Assembly: GCA_951406725.2 (NCBI GenBank)
Contig: OX597822.1
Coordinates: 59,210,001 to 59,274,000, forward strand
Length of the DNA stretch: 64,000 nt
Reading direction: 5' to 3'
Source: Octopus vulgaris
Lineage: Eukaryota
Shown here piece by piece: positions 22,015 to 35,500 of this stretch. A program made the position numbers and the translations under genes. How positions within the stretch are numbered: the first letter of the stretch is position 1; each line of letters starts with the position of its first letter. The notes under the pieces are model-generated. The model was not told where the DNA came from and did not search any database. It worked only from the letters and a program-made list of their open reading frames with translations.

Positions 22015-25000
22015 ATGGCTAAGCTGGGTTGTATAAATGTACGTGGAATGGGGTCGAAACGGAAACAAATTTGTTTCCTGAACGACCTCACGACACACGG
22101 TATAGATATTGCTATTGCAACCGAGTCCAAGATGAGCGAGACCCAAGCGTTCTCGCCTCTTCTAAATGGTTTCGAGAAATTTATTTCTCCTAGCCGAGGA
22201 AGAGGCAGAGGCGTGGCAGTCTTCATCAGGAAGAGCTTGGACTTGCAGGTAAGTACTGTCTTTCTGGACCCAGAAGGCAGGCTGGTTGTCCTGGATGTGA
22301 CTCACGTAAGTAAACAGTCCTTCAGGTTGGGAGCTGTCTACGCCCCGAACGAGGGTAGACAGACGGGTTTTTTTCGGAACCTGGAGCCCTTTCTGGCGAC
22401 GTCGAAAACAGTAATCCTAGTAGGGGACTTTAACACTGTCCTTGAAGCGCACATCGACAATGTTGGCTCAACCAATAGGAAGGGGAACCCTAGCCTCAAG
22501 GGTCTACTAGAGAGCTTTGATCTAGTGGACCGTTACCGACTGGATGAGCCGAGCGTTCCACAGTGGACGTGGAGTAACAACGACGGCTCACACAGATCGT
22601 ATCTAGATAGGATATTTATTAAGAAAAGAGATAAGGATACGTTTAGTTGTCCACAATTTCATATTGTACCTTACTCGGATCACAAGTTTGTGACGTGTGA
22701 GGTGCAATTAGACAAGTGTCATAGACAGGGACCCGGGTACTGGAAGCTGAACAAGGCTATTTTGAATTGTGAAGACTTCCGTACCCGGATTAAGGTGTTA
22801 GTTCAGAGGGCATTGTGTGGCACCATCATTAACAATAGATGGTGGCACGCCCTCAAAAGAGCCATCCGTTTAGAGTCCGTCAGATTTAGCAATCAGCTAA
22901 GGATAGATAGGGCTAGTCTAGAGGGCGATTTAGTTAAGAATCTAGACGAGGCAATGGAAGCTGGCTCTGCATCCGGAGTGTTGGCGGCAAGGACGGTATT
23001 GTACCGTCACCTTAACTCCAAACACGAAGGTTGCAGAGTCAGAGCTAAGCTGCGCGCTGGAAAACGAGAAGGTATTAACGTGGCCGGATGGGCCCGTCGT
23101 GTGGAGAGTAAGAGAGGCAATAGAGCCTCAATCAAATCTTTGACTGACGAACAGGGACTAAAGATCTATGGACAGGAGGAGATGCAAAAGTTTCTTCACC
23201 AGCATTTCGCTCGCGTGTTCGGGGGTGGTGGTTCGCTGGATCGGGGGAGGGCCTTAAAGGACTTCCTGGCCGGCGGACCGCGGCTCGCGGGGCGTGAGGT
23301 GGAGTGCTGTGAAGGAGCGATCACTCCCGCGGAGATAAAGGAGATACTGGCCGGATGCGCCGGGGAGAAGTCGCCGGGGTTGGATGGTCTGCCCTACGAG
23401 TTTTACCAAAGTATGCCGGACTTGTTCGGGGGAATACTGGCGGGCGTCTACACGAACTGGCAGCAGAATGGGAGAATTCCCAGTTCTGTAAGCCGGGGAG
23501 TGGTGACGCTAATCCAGAAAGACCCGAGCAAGGGGGATAATATTAGTAACTACAGGCCCATAACTCTACTTAATGTAGAGTTAAAGATTCTGGCCAAGGT
23601 GTTAGCAAAAAGGTTGACGGTTGTCGTGGAGAAACTTGTAGGGAGAGCACAGACATGTGCAATTCCAGGCAGGTCGATCCAGGACAATCTTCACCTTATA
23701 CGCTACACCTTAGATAGGGTGGGTAAATTAGCCGGCAAAGGCGGGGTAATGGTTCATTTAGACCAAAGTAAAGCCTTCGATAGGGTAGACCACGGGTACC
23801 TGGCGACGGTCCTCGAAGCGACTGGGCTGGGCCCTGAATTTCGCGGGTGGATCTCCGCTATGTATAGCGGCATCAAGTCCACCGTCCAGATAAACGGTTA
23901 CCTAACGGAACCGTTTTCGATCAAGTGTTCAGTGCGTCAGGGGTGCCCCTTGTCACCACTTTTGTACGTATTGGCTCTTGAGCCACTGCTGCGAAAGTTG
24001 GAGAGGCTGGGGAGTAACTCGGATGAAATCGGAGGTGGGAGGACGGTTACTGCTTATGCGGACGACGTCACCCTCATCGTGTCCAAAGAGGCCCAACTAC
24101 CTTGTGTAGAGGAGGCTATCAGAGGATACGAGGCGGTGGCAGGAGCAAAGGTTAACAAGGACAAGTCGGTTGGCTTGCGCCTCGGCACCTGGAGGAGCAA
24201 GCCGATATCGTCCAGTGTCGTGGGACACTGGACGGATGGCCCTGTTAAGTTGCTGGGAGTTTGGTTTGGACCAGACTCCCAAACGGAGAAGAACTGGAGT
24301 GAGGTGACGAGCAAGGTGGAGGCCATAGTACGGACCTGGTCCGGAAGGTCTCTGTCCTTGAAAGGAAAGGCGGAGGTGGTACAGATGTTCATTGCATCTG
24401 TAATCACCTACCGCCTGACCGTTGTCCCTTGCCCCGATTCATGGCTTAACAAGTTGGGACGAATCCTTTTCCGCTTTTTGTGGAAAGGAGGAAAGCCACT
24501 TGTGAGACGCTCCGTTTGCTGCCAAGAACCGTTAAAGGGTGGGTTAGGGATGCCTTGGTTGATGATGCGCAGACATGCGTTGAGGCTAAGGCACCTCTGG
24601 CACCACCTGGAGGGTGATAAGGTGTGGAGTCCGCTGGCAGAGGGATTTTTCCCGAGACCGGCCTCCTTAGTGAAATTTAAACCCGGTTACATCAAAAGAT
24701 GGAAACTGACTCCATGGCAAAAGGAGTGCCGACAGGCACTCACGCTGATCCACAGGACGGGCAAGGCCGGCTGCGGAAATACCACCTCGGTATTTTATAG
24801 AGGGCTGGTGGAGGCAAAAAATGACGACGTCCTAGGAGGGGCTCTGGGGTTTGATGAAGACCAGCTCGCCAACCTGTTTAAAAAACTTTCAGGTCGGGGT
24901 ATTTGGATAATTTCCAAAGATCCCTGGCCTGGCAGTGCTACAGGAATGCTTTACCTGTTCGCGAGAAGTTATCGCGGCACGGAGTTCCAGTGCCACCGAC

Positions 25001-25403
25001 GTGTCCAAGGTGCGAGTTGGACGATGAAACCGTCCAGCACGCTTTTGTTCACTGTCGGAAGTTGTCCGACTTGATAAGTTACGCAGAACACGTGTTATCG
25101 CATCTGGGACGAGTACAGCTGTCGGCTGAGTCTATGATTAAGATGATACCGCCAACTGGACTCTCGAAGGAAGGTGAGGCATGTTTTCACTGCACGGTTG
25201 CAGTGGTAAAGGAATGCATGTGGAGAACGAGAATGGAAGGAGCCGCGATAGGGTCCTTTGTCTCCGGCCCCAGCTTGCTCACTTACTTCAGATATCATCT
25301 GAAGAGCAAAATGGGGCTGGAGAAGAGGACCTTACCGCGGGGTGTGTACGAGAAAAGATGGAAGGAAGTGGAAAGAAAGGTGGGTGTGAGAAACCCAGCT
25401 TGA
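22015..25403 (+). CDS. ORF2 APE-RT, unit 5 (A-run frameshift ~24883)
   Basis: ORFs 22015..25074 and 24903..25403. Confidence 0.9.
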
Positions 25404-25839
25404 CCATGGAGGAGAGAGAGGAAGTGGAAGCTGCAGGGCCTCATAAATTGCCGGGGTGTAAAAGCGCCAGTGAGACTACAAGTTCACCTACTGTTGTTTG
25501 CTATACTAGTTATGCAAAGGTTATTATTTTATAACGAATTTAAACAAAATTTTTAAACGAATCTCTTAAATGTTTTTGTATGTATGTCCTGTATTTGTCC
25601 TTCTGTGTATCGATTTTCATAATCTTAATAAAGAAATAGCTTATCAAGATGCCATCTCATTATTGCTTTCTTTTTCCGTTTGCGTTGTGAGAAAATTGCT
25701 GCCTCCATTTAAGAGAGTCGAAGTTGTGATATTATTGTTTGTGCTAACTGCTTTGAACAGTGCCCGTTGTGAAACGGTGATTTTCGCCCTACGGGGCAGA
25801 AAATTTTGTATTACTTGAATTTTTGTTACCTTTGAGGTG

Positions 25840-27263
25840 ATGGAGTTCGACTTGACGTCGAAGGACGATTTTCCCGTGATGGGAAAAGGTGAAACCATGG
25901 AAAACCCAGTAACCAAACAGTCATTCTCGGCCGCGGTAGGCGGCGCTATGATAGAGGTCGAATTTAAGATCGAACAGCTATACGAATACAGGAATCTTGT
26001 AAAAGTGGAAGGAGGTGAGATAAGGCTTGTACCGCCGCAAGCGAAAGTACAAGAAATCAGGGAAAGAATTGTGATTTATAAAGTGTACAACTTTAAAGAA
26101 AAAAAGATTATGGATGTGAAAAATGAAATTGTCGAGAAGTGCCTGTCCCCGGTGTGGGACAGAATTCGTCACATCGCGAGAGGTGCACGCAGTGCTACGG
26201 TCGAGGTGCACTTTGACACGGCAGAGGTGGCGAAAGAGGTGTCGTCGTTAACCCTAAAAAGCGACGACATCATGTTGCTACCCTCGTATATGGGGAAGCG
26301 AACTGCAAAGTTAGTGGTAGAAGACATACCCAGAGGGTACGATATCATGTGGGTGGCAGCGGCGGTCCTGCACAACATGGAACGTGAAATAACAATACTG
26401 CAAATGAGAAGGAAGGAGGTGGTACGGTGGAAGGGTCAGACTTTAGAACTCCTCGTACAGGCAGAGAACAAGATCTTGGAGAGCCTGCCTGACAGAATCT
26501 TTAATGAGGACGGTACGTCCATGAGAGTTTCGGTGGAGGGACGTAGACCCAGATGCTTCAAGTGTGGAGAGAAGGGTCACGTCCGATCCAACTGTATTAA
26601 GAAAAAAAGAACAGAAGAAACGCCTACCCCAAGTGTACCTGTCACTGAAGGGGAGGAAACAAGCAAAAACAACAAAATGAAGAAGACAAGTACGGAAACA
26701 AAAACAGATTCAATAGAACTAATGGACTACACACAAGTCACTCACAAAAGAAAAAAGAGAATACCCAGGACTCCCCTCCCCAAACAAGGAAAAAAACAAC
26801 AAACACAGCAGACACACACATCAAGCAAATCCCCCAACCCTACCCCCATGGCACTGTTTTCATTGGAAAACAGTTTGCCAAACCCCTCCCCATAAAACAA
26901 GATATAAAAAAGTGCATATTGAAAAACGAAAGAATAATAGCTTTCGATGAGAAAAATGAGAAAGTTTACAAATGCTGCAAACTTTCGAGATTTACACTGT
27001 ATAGTAGAACCTCAGATGGGAAGGCAACCGCTCGCTTCGCGAAGGTAGGGGAGAACGAGTGGAAGGAGGAGGTTCTTCAGGAACACCTGAGGAACCGTCT
27101 ATTAAGAGATGTGACCAAGGAGGTAGTGGAGGGCAAACTGGCAATAACTCCGGCAACCACACCCACCCAGAGCCCAGTGGCAACGCCGGTCAAGAGCCCT
27201 GCAGCAACGGAAGAAAGGGAAGCAGACAGATTGAAACTGTCATGCTCCCTTTCGCAACCGTGA
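25840..27263 (+). CDS. ORF1, unit 6 (A-run frameshift ~26755)
   Basis: ORFs 25837..26895 and 26919..27263. Confidence 0.85.
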
Positions 27264-27291
27264 GTACATTCATTTTTCTCTCTCGCCCACA

Positions 27292-30200
27292 ATGGCTAAG
27301 CTGGGTTGTATAAATGTACGTGGAATGGGGTCGAAACGGAAACAAATTTGTTTCCTGAACGACCTCACGACACACGGTATAGATATTGCTATTGCAACCG
27401 AGTCCAAGATGAGCGAGACCCAAGCGTTCTCGCCTCTTCTAAATGGTTTCGAGAAATTTATTTCTCCTAGCCGAGGAAGAGGCAGAGGCGTGGCAGTCTT
27501 CATCAGGAAGAGCTTGGACTTGCAGGTAAGTACTGTCTTTCTGGACCCAGAAGGCAGGCTGGTTGTCCTGGATGTGACTCACGTAAGTAAACAGTCCTTC
27601 AGGTTGGGAGCTGTCTACGCCCCGAACGAGGGTAGACAGACGGGTTTTTTTCGGAACCTGGAGCCCTTTCTGGCGACGTCGAAAACAGTAATCCTAGTAG
27701 GGGACTTTAACACTGTCCTTGAAGCGCACATCGACAATGTTGGCTCAACCAATAGGAAGGGGAACCCTAGCCTCAAGGGTCTACTAGAGAGCTTTGATCT
27801 AGTGGACCGTTACCGACTGGATGAGCCGAGCGTTCCACAGTGGACGTGGAGTAACAACGACGGCTCACACAGATCGTATCTAGATAGGATATTTATTAAG
27901 AAAAGAGATAAGGATACGTTTAGTTGTCCACAATTTCATATTGTACCTTACTCGGATCACAAGTTTGTGACGTGTGAGGTGCAATTAGACAAGTGTCATA
28001 GACAGGGACCCGGGTACTGGAAGCTGAACAAGGCTATTTTGAATTGTGAAGACTTCCGTACCCGGATTAAGGTGTTAGTTCAGAGGGCATTGTGTGGCAC
28101 CATCATTAACAATAGATGGTGGCACGCCCTCAAAAGAGCCATTCGTTTAGAGTCCGTCAGATTTAGCAATCAGCTAAGGATAGATAGGGCTAGTCTAGAG
28201 GGCGATTTAGTTAAGAATCTAGACGAGGCAATGGAAGCTGGCTCTGCATCCGGAGTGTTGGCGGCAAGGACGGTATTGTACCGTCACCTTAACTCCAAAC
28301 ACGAAGGTTGCAGAGTCAGAGCTAAGCTGCGCGCTGGAAAACGAGAAGGTATTAACGTGGCCGGATGGGCCCGTCGTGTGGAGAGTAAGAGAGGCAATAG
28401 AGCCTCAATCAAATCTTTGACTGACGAACAGGGACTAAAGATCTATGGACAGGAGGAGATGCAAAAGTTTCTTCACCAGCATTTCGCTCGCGTGTTCGGG
28501 GGTGGTGGTTCGCTGGATCGGGGGAGGGCCTTAAAGGACTTCCTGGCCGGCGGACCGCGGCTCGCGGGGCGTGAGGTGGAGTGCTGTGAAGGAGCGATCA
28601 CTCCCGCGGAGATAAAGGAGATACTGGCCGGATGCGCCGGGGAGAAGTCGCCGGGGTTGGATGGTCTGCCCTACGAGTTTTACCAAAGTATGCCGGACTT
28701 GTTCGGGGGAATACTGGCGGGCGTCTACACGAACTGGCAGCAGAATGGGAGAATTCCCAGTTCTGTAAGCCGGGGAGTGGTGACGCTAATCCAGAAAGAC
28801 CCGAGCAAGGGGGATAATATTAGTAACTACAGGCCCATAACTCTACTTAATGTAGAGTTAAAGATTCTGGCCAAGGTGTTAGCAAAAAGGTTGACGGTTG
28901 TCGTGGAGAAACTTGTAGGGAGAGCACAGACATGTGCAATTCCAGGCAGGTCGATCCAGGACAATCTTCACCTTATACGCTACACCTTAGATAGGGTGGG
29001 TAAATTAGCCGGCAAAGGCGGGGTAATGGTTCATTTAGACCAAAGTAAAGCCTTCGATAGGGTAGACCACGGGTACCTGGCGACGGTCCTCGAAGCGACT
29101 GGGCTGGGCCCTGAATTTCGCGGGTGGATCTCCGCTATGTATAGCGGCATCAAGTCCACCGTCCAGATAAACGGTTACCTAACGGAACCGTTTTCGATCA
29201 AGTGTTCAGTGCGTCAGGGGTGCCCCTTGTCACCACTTTTGTACGTATTGGCTCTTGAGCCACTGCTGCGAAAGTTGGAGAGGCTGGGGAGTAACTCGGA
29301 TGAAATCGGAGGTGGGAGGACGGTTACTGCTTATGCGGACGACGTCACCCTCATCGTGTCCAAAGAGGCCCAACTACCTTGTGTAGAGGAGGCTATCAGA
29401 GGATACGAGGCGGTGGCAGGAGCAAAGGTTAACAAGGACAAGTCGGTTGGCTTGCGCCTCGGCACCTGGAGGAGCAAGCCGATATCGTCCAGTGTCGTGG
29501 GACACTGGACGGATGGCCCTGTTAAGTTGCTGGGAGTTTGGTTTGGACCAGACTCCCAAACGGAGAAGAACTGGAGTGAGGTGACGAGCAAGGTGGAGGC
29601 CATAGTACGGACCTGGTCCGGAAGGTCTCTGTCCTTGAAAGGAAAGGCGGAGGTGGTACAGATGTTCATTGCATCTGTAATCACCTACCGCCTGACCGTT
29701 GTCCCTTGCCCCGATTCATGGCTTAACAAGTTGGGACGAATCCTTTTCCGCTTTTTGTGGAAAGGAGGAAAGCCACTTGTGAGACGCTCCGTTTGCTGCC
29801 AAGAACCGTTAAAGGGTGGGTTAGGGATGCCTTGGTTGATGATGCGCAGACATGCGTTGAGGCTAAGGCACCTCTGGCACCACCTGGAGGGTGATAAGGT
29901 GTGGAGTCCGCTGGCAGAGGGATTTTTCCCGAGACCGGCCTCCTTAGTGAAATTTAAACCCGGTTACATCAAAAGATGGAAACTGACTCCATGGCAAAAG
30001 GAGTGCCGACAGGCACTCACGCTGATCCACAGGACGGGCAAGGCCGGCTGCGGAAATACCACCTCGGTATTTTATAGAGGGCTGGTGGAGGCAAAAAATG
30101 ACGACGTCCTAGGAGGGGCTCTGGGGTTTGATGAAGACCAGCTCGCCAACCTGTTTAAAAAAACTTTCAGGTCGGGGTATTTGGATAATTTCCAAAGATC

Positions 30201-30681
30201 CCTGGCCTGGCAGTGCTACAGGAATGCTTTACCTGTTCGCGAGAAGTTATCGCGGCACGGAGTTCCAGTGCCACCGACGTGTCCAAGGTGCGAGTTGGAC
30301 GATGAAACCGTCCAGCACGCTTTTGTTCACTGTCGGAAGTTGTCCGACTTGATAAGTTACGCAGAACACGTGTTATCGCATCTGGGACGAGTACAGCTGT
30401 CGGCTGAGTCTATGATTAAGATGATACCGCCAACTGGACTCTCGAAGGAAGGTGAGGCATGTTTTCACTGCACGGTTGCAGTGGTAAAGGAATGCATGTG
30501 GAGAACGAGAATGGAAGGAGCCGCGATAGGGTCCTTTGTCTCCGGCCCCAGCTTGCTCACTTACTTCAGATATCATCTGAAGAGCAAAATGGGGCTGGAA
30601 AAGAGGACCTTACCGCGGGGTGTGTACGAGAAAAGATGGAAGGAAGTGGAAAGAAAGGTGGGTGTGAGAAACCCAGCTTGA
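27292..30681 (+). CDS. ORF2, intact 1129 aa APE-RT, unit 6
   Basis: Uninterrupted ORF with all APE, RT (YADD) and Cys/His motifs. Confidence 0.97.
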   Translation: MAKLGCINVRGMGSKRKQICFLNDLTTHGIDIAIATESKMSETQAFSPLLNGFEKFISPSRGRGRGVAVFIRKSLDLQVSTVFLDPEGRLVVLDVTHVSKQSFRLGAVYAPNEGRQTGFFRNLEPFLATSKTVILVGDFNTVLEAHIDNVGSTNRKGNPSLKGLLESFDLVDRYRLDEPSVPQWTWSNNDGSHRSYLDRIFIKKRDKDTFSCPQFHIVPYSDHKFVTCEVQLDKCHRQGPGYWKLNKAILNCEDFRTRIKVLVQRALCGTIINNRWWHALKRAIRLESVRFSNQLRIDRASLEGDLVKNLDEAMEAGSASGVLAARTVLYRHLNSKHEGCRVRAKLRAGKREGINVAGWARRVESKRGNRASIKSLTDEQGLKIYGQEEMQKFLHQHFARVFGGGGSLDRGRALKDFLAGGPRLAGREVECCEGAITPAEIKEILAGCAGEKSPGLDGLPYEFYQSMPDLFGGILAGVYTNWQQNGRIPSSVSRGVVTLIQKDPSKGDNISNYRPITLLNVELKILAKVLAKRLTVVVEKLVGRAQTCAIPGRSIQDNLHLIRYTLDRVGKLAGKGGVMVHLDQSKAFDRVDHGYLATVLEATGLGPEFRGWISAMYSGIKSTVQINGYLTEPFSIKCSVRQGCPLSPLLYVLALEPLLRKLERLGSNSDEIGGGRTVTAYADDVTLIVSKEAQLPCVEEAIRGYEAVAGAKVNKDKSVGLRLGTWRSKPISSSVVGHWTDGPVKLLGVWFGPDSQTEKNWSEVTSKVEAIVRTWSGRSLSLKGKAEVVQMFIASVITYRLTVVPCPDSWLNKLGRILFRFLWKGGKPLVRRSVCCQEPLKGGLGMPWLMMRRHALRLRHLWHHLEGDKVWSPLAEGFFPRPASLVKFKPGYIKRWKLTPWQKECRQALTLIHRTGKAGCGNTTSVFYRGLVEAKNDDVLGGALGFDEDQLANLFKKTFRSGYLDNFQRSLAWQCYRNALPVREKLSRHGVPVPPTCPRCELDDETVQHAFVHCRKLSDLISYAEHVLSHLGRVQLSAESMIKMIPPTGLSKEGEACFHCTVAVVKECMWRTRMEGAAIGSFVSGPSLLTYFRYHLKSKMGLEKRTLPRGVYEKRWKEVERKVGVRNPA

Positions 30682-31118
30682 CCATGGAGGAGAGAGAGGA
30701 AGTGGAAGCTGCAGGGCCTCATAAATTGCCGGGGTGTAAAAGCGCCAGTGAGACTACAAGTTCACCTACTGTTGTTTGCTATACTAGTTATGCAAAGGTT
30801 ATTATTTTATAACGAATTTAAACAAAATTTTTAACCGAATCTCTTAAATGTTTTTGTATGTATGTCCTGTATTTGTCCTTCTGTGTATCGATTTTCATAA
30901 TCTTAATAAAGAAATAGCTTATCAAGATGCCATCTCATTATTGCTTTCTTTTTCTGTTTGCGTTGTGAGAAAATTGCTGCCTCCATTTAAGAGAGTTCGA
31001 AGTTGTGATATTATTGTTTGTGCTAACTATTTTGAACAGTGCCCGTTGTAAAACGGTAATTTTCGCCCTACGGGGCAGAAAATTTTGTATTACTTGAATT
31101 TTTGTTACCTTTGAGGTG

Positions 31119-32544
31119 ATGGAGTTCGACTTGACGTCGAAGGACGATTTTCCCGTGATGGGAAAAAGTGAAACCATGGAAAATCCAGTACCCAAACAGT
31201 CATTCTCGGCCGCGGTGGGCGGCGCTATGATAGAGGTCGAATTTAAGATCGAACAGCTATACGAATACAGGAATCTTGTAAAAGTGGAAGGAGGTGAGAT
31301 AAGGCTTGTACCGCCGCAAGCGAAAGTACAAGAAATCAAGGAAAGAATTGTGATTTATAAAGTGTACAGCTTTAAAGAAAAAAAGATTATGGATGTGAAA
31401 AATGAAATTGTCGAGAAGTGCCTGTCCCCGGTGTGGGACAGAATTCGTCACATCGCGAGAGGTGCACGCAGTGCTACGGTCGAGGTGCACTTTGACACGG
31501 CAGAGGTGGCGAAAGAGGTGTCGTCGTTAACCCTAAAAAGCGACGACATCATGTTGCTACCCTCGTATATGGGGAAGCGAACTGCAAAGTTAGTGGTAGA
31601 AGACATACCCAGAGGGTACGATATCATGTGGGTGGCAGCGGCGGTCCTGCACAACATGGAACGTGAAATATCAATACTGCAAATGAGAAGGAAGGAGGTG
31701 GTACGGTGGAAGGGTCAGACTTTAGAACTCCTCGTACAGGCAGAGAACAAGATCTTGGAGAGCCTGCCTGACAGAATCTTTAATGAGGACGGTACGTCCA
31801 TGAGAGTTTCGGTGGAGGGACGTAGACCCAGATGCTTCAAGTGTGGAGAGAAGGGTCACGTCCGATCCAACTGTATTAAGAAAAAAAGAACAGAAGAAAC
31901 GCCTCCTCCAAGTGTACCTGTCACTGAAGGGGAGGAAACAAGCAAAAACAACAAAATGACGAAGACAAGTACAGAAACAAAAACAGATTCAAATAGAACT
32001 AATGGACTACACACAAGTCACTCACAAAAGAAAAAAAGAGAATACCCAGGACTCCCCTCCCCAAACAAGGAAAAAAACAACAAACACAGCAGACACACAC
32101 ACCAAGCAAATCCCCCAACCCTACCCCCATGGCACTGTTTTCATTGGAAAACAGTTTGCCAAACCCCTCCCCATAAAACAAGACATAAAAAAGTGCATAT
32201 TGAAAAACGAAAGAATAATAGCTTTCGATGAGAAAAATGAGAAAGTTTACAAATGCTGCAAACTTTCGAGATTTACACTGTATAGTAGAACCTCAGATGG
32301 GAAAGCAACCGCTCGCTTCGCGAAGGTAGGGGAGAACGAGTGGAAGGAGGAGGTTCTTCAGGAACACCTGAGGAACCGTCTATTAAGAGATGTGACCAAG
32401 GAGGTAGTGGAGGGCAAACTGGCAATAACTCCGGCAACCACACCCACCCAGAGCCCAGTGGCAACGCCGGTCAAGAGCCCTGCAGCAACGGAAGAAAGGG
32501 AAGCAGACAGATTGAAACTGTCATGCTCCCTTTCGCAACCGTGA
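31119..32544 (+). CDS. ORF1, unit 7 (1-bp insertion ~31992)
   Basis: ORFs 31116..32231 and 32002..32544. Confidence 0.85.
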
Positions 32545-32572
32545 GTACATTCATTTTTCTCTCTCGCCCACA

Positions 32573-35500
32573 ATGGCTAAGCTGGGTTGTATAAATGTAC
32601 GTGGAATGGGGTCGAAACGGAAACAAATTTGTTTCCTGAACGACCTCACGACACACGGTATAGATATTGCTATTGCAACCGAGTCCAAGATGAGCGAGAC
32701 CCAAGCGTTCTCGCCTCTTCTAAATGGTTTCGAGAAATTTATTTCTCCTAGCCGAGGAAGAGGCAGAGGCGTGGCAGTCTTCATCAGGAAGAGCTTGGAC
32801 TTGCAGGTAAGTACTGTCTTTCTGGATCCAGAAGGCAGGCTGGTTGTCCTGGATGTGACTCACGTAAGTAAACAGTCCTTCAGGTTGGGAGCTGTCTACG
32901 CCCCGAACGAGGGTAGACAGACGGGTTTTTTCGGAACCTGGAGCCCTTTCTGGCGACGTCGAAAACAGTAATCCTAGTAGGGGACTTTAACACTGTCCTT
33001 GAAGCGCACATCGACAATGTTGGCTCAACCAATAGGAAGGGGAACCCTAGCCTCAAGGGTCTACTAGAGAGCTTTGATCTAGTGGACCGTTACCGACTGG
33101 ATGAGCCGAGCGTTCCACAGTGGACGTGGAGTAACAACGACGGCTCACACAGATCGTATCTAGATAGGATATTTATTAAGAAAAGAGATAAGGATACGTT
33201 TAGTTGTCCACAATTTCATATTGTACCTTACTCGGATCACAAGTTTGTGACGTGTGAGGTGCAATTAGACAAGTGTCATAGACAGGGACCCGGGTACTGG
33301 AAGCTGAACAAGGCTATTTTGAATTGTGAAGACTTCCGTACCCGGATTAAGGTGTTAGTTCAGAGGGCATTGTGTGGCACCATCATTAACAATAGATGGT
33401 GGCACGCCCTCAAAAGAGCCATTCGTTTAGAGTCCGTCAGATTTAGCAATCAGCTAAGGATAGATAGGGCTAGTCTAGAGGGCGATTTAGTTAAGAATCT
33501 AGACGAGGCAATGGAAGCTGGCTCTGCATCCGGAGTGTTGGCGGCAAGGACGGTATTGTACCGTCACCTTAACTCCAAACACGAAGGTTGCAGAGTCAGA
33601 GCTAAGCTGCGCGCTGGAAAACGAGAAGGTATTAACGTGGCCGGATGGGCCCGTCGTGTGGAGAGTAAGAGAGGCAATAGAGCCTCAATCAAATCTTTGA
33701 CTGACGAACAGGGACTAAAGATCTATGGACAGGAGGAGATGCAAAAGTTTCTTCACCAGCATTTCGCTCGCGTGTTCGGGGGTGGTGGTTCGCTGGATCG
33801 GGGGAGGGCCTTAAAGGACTTCCTGGCCGGCGGACCGCGGCTCGCGGGGCGTGAGGTGGAGTGCTGTGAAGGAGCGATCACTCCCGCGGAGATAAAGGAG
33901 ATACTGGCCGGATGCGCCGGGGAGAAGTCGCCGGGGTTGGATGGTCTGCCCTACGAGTTTTACCAAAGTATGCCGGACTTGTTCGGGGGAATACTGGCGG
34001 GCGTCTACACGAACTGGCAGCAGAATGGGAGAATTCCCAGTTCTGTAAGCCGGGGAGTGGTGACGCTAATCCAGAAAGACCCGAGCAAGGGGGATAATAT
34101 TAGTAACTACAGGCCCATAACTCTACTTAATGTAGAGTTAAAGATTCTGGCCAAGGTGTTAGCAAAAAGGTTGACGGTTGTCGTGGAGAAACTTGTAGGG
34201 AGAGCACAGACATGTGCAATTCCAGGCAGGTCGATCCAGGACAATCTTCACCTTATACGCTACACCTTAGATAGGGTGGGTAAATTAGCCGGCAAAGGCG
34301 GGGTAATGGTTCATTTAGACCAAAGTAAAGCCTTCGATAGGGTAGACCACGGGTACCTGGCGACGGTCCTCGAAGCGACTGGGCTGGGCCCTGAATTTCG
34401 CGGGTGGATCTCCGCTATGTATAGCGGCATCAAGTCCACCGTCCAGATAAACGGTTACCTAACGGAACCGTTTTCGATCAAGTGTTCAGTGCGTCAGGGG
34501 TGCCCCTTGTCACCACTTTTGTACGTATTGGCTCTTGAGCCACTGCTGCGAAAGTTGGAGAGGCTGGGGAGTAACTCGGATGAAATCGGAGGTGGGAGGA
34601 CGGTTACTGCTTATGCGGACGACGTCACCCTCATCGTGTCCAAAGAGGCCCAACTACCTTGTGTAGAGGAGGCTATCAGAGGATACGAGGCGGTGGCAGG
34701 AGCAAAGGTTAACAAGGACAAGTCGGTTGGCTTGCGCCTCGGCACCTGGAGGAGCAAGCCGATATCGTCCAGTGTCGTGGGACACTGGACGGATGGCCCT
34801 GTTAAGTTGCTGGGAGTTTGGTTTGGACCAGACTCCCAAACGGAGAAGAACTGGAGTGAGGTGACGAGCAAGGTGGAGGCCATAGTACGGACCTGGTCCG
34901 GAAGGTCTCTGTCCTTGAAAGGAAAGGCGGAGGTGGTACAGATGTTCATTGCATCTGTAATCACCTACCGCCTGACCGTTGTCCCTTGCCCCGATTCATG
35001 GCTTAACAAGTTGGGACGAATCCTTTTCCGCTTTTTGTGGAAAGGAGGAAAGCCACTTGTGAGACGCTCCGTTTGCTGCCAAGAACCGTTAAAGGGTGGG
35101 TTAGGGATGCCTTGGTTGATGATGCGCAGACATGCGTTGAGGCTAAGGCACCTCTGGCACCACCTGGAGGGTGATAAGGTGTGGAGTCCGCTGGCAGAGG
35201 GATTTTTCCCGAGACCGGCCTCCTTAGTGAAATTTAAACCCGGTTACATCAAAAGATGGAAACTGACTCCATGGCAAAAGGAGTGCCGACAGGCACTCAC
35301 GCTGATCCACAGGACGGGCAAGGCCGGCTGCGGAAATACCACCTCGGTATTTTATAGAGGGCTGGTGGAGGCAAAAAATGACGACGTCCTAGGAGGGGCT
35401 CTGGGGTTCGATGAAGACCAGCTCGCCAACCTGTTTAAAAAAACTTTCAGGTCGGGGTATTTGGATAATTTCCAAAGATCCCTGGCCTGGCAGTGCTACA

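Larger units (their letters stand above)
20382..25657 (+). mobile_element. Tx1-like LINE unit 5 (full length)
   Basis: Complete unit between the junctions at 20351 and 25627. Confidence 0.93.
25658..30935 (+). mobile_element. Tx1-like LINE unit 6 (full length, ORF2 intact)
   Basis: Complete unit with an uninterrupted 1129-aa ORF2. Confidence 0.95.
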
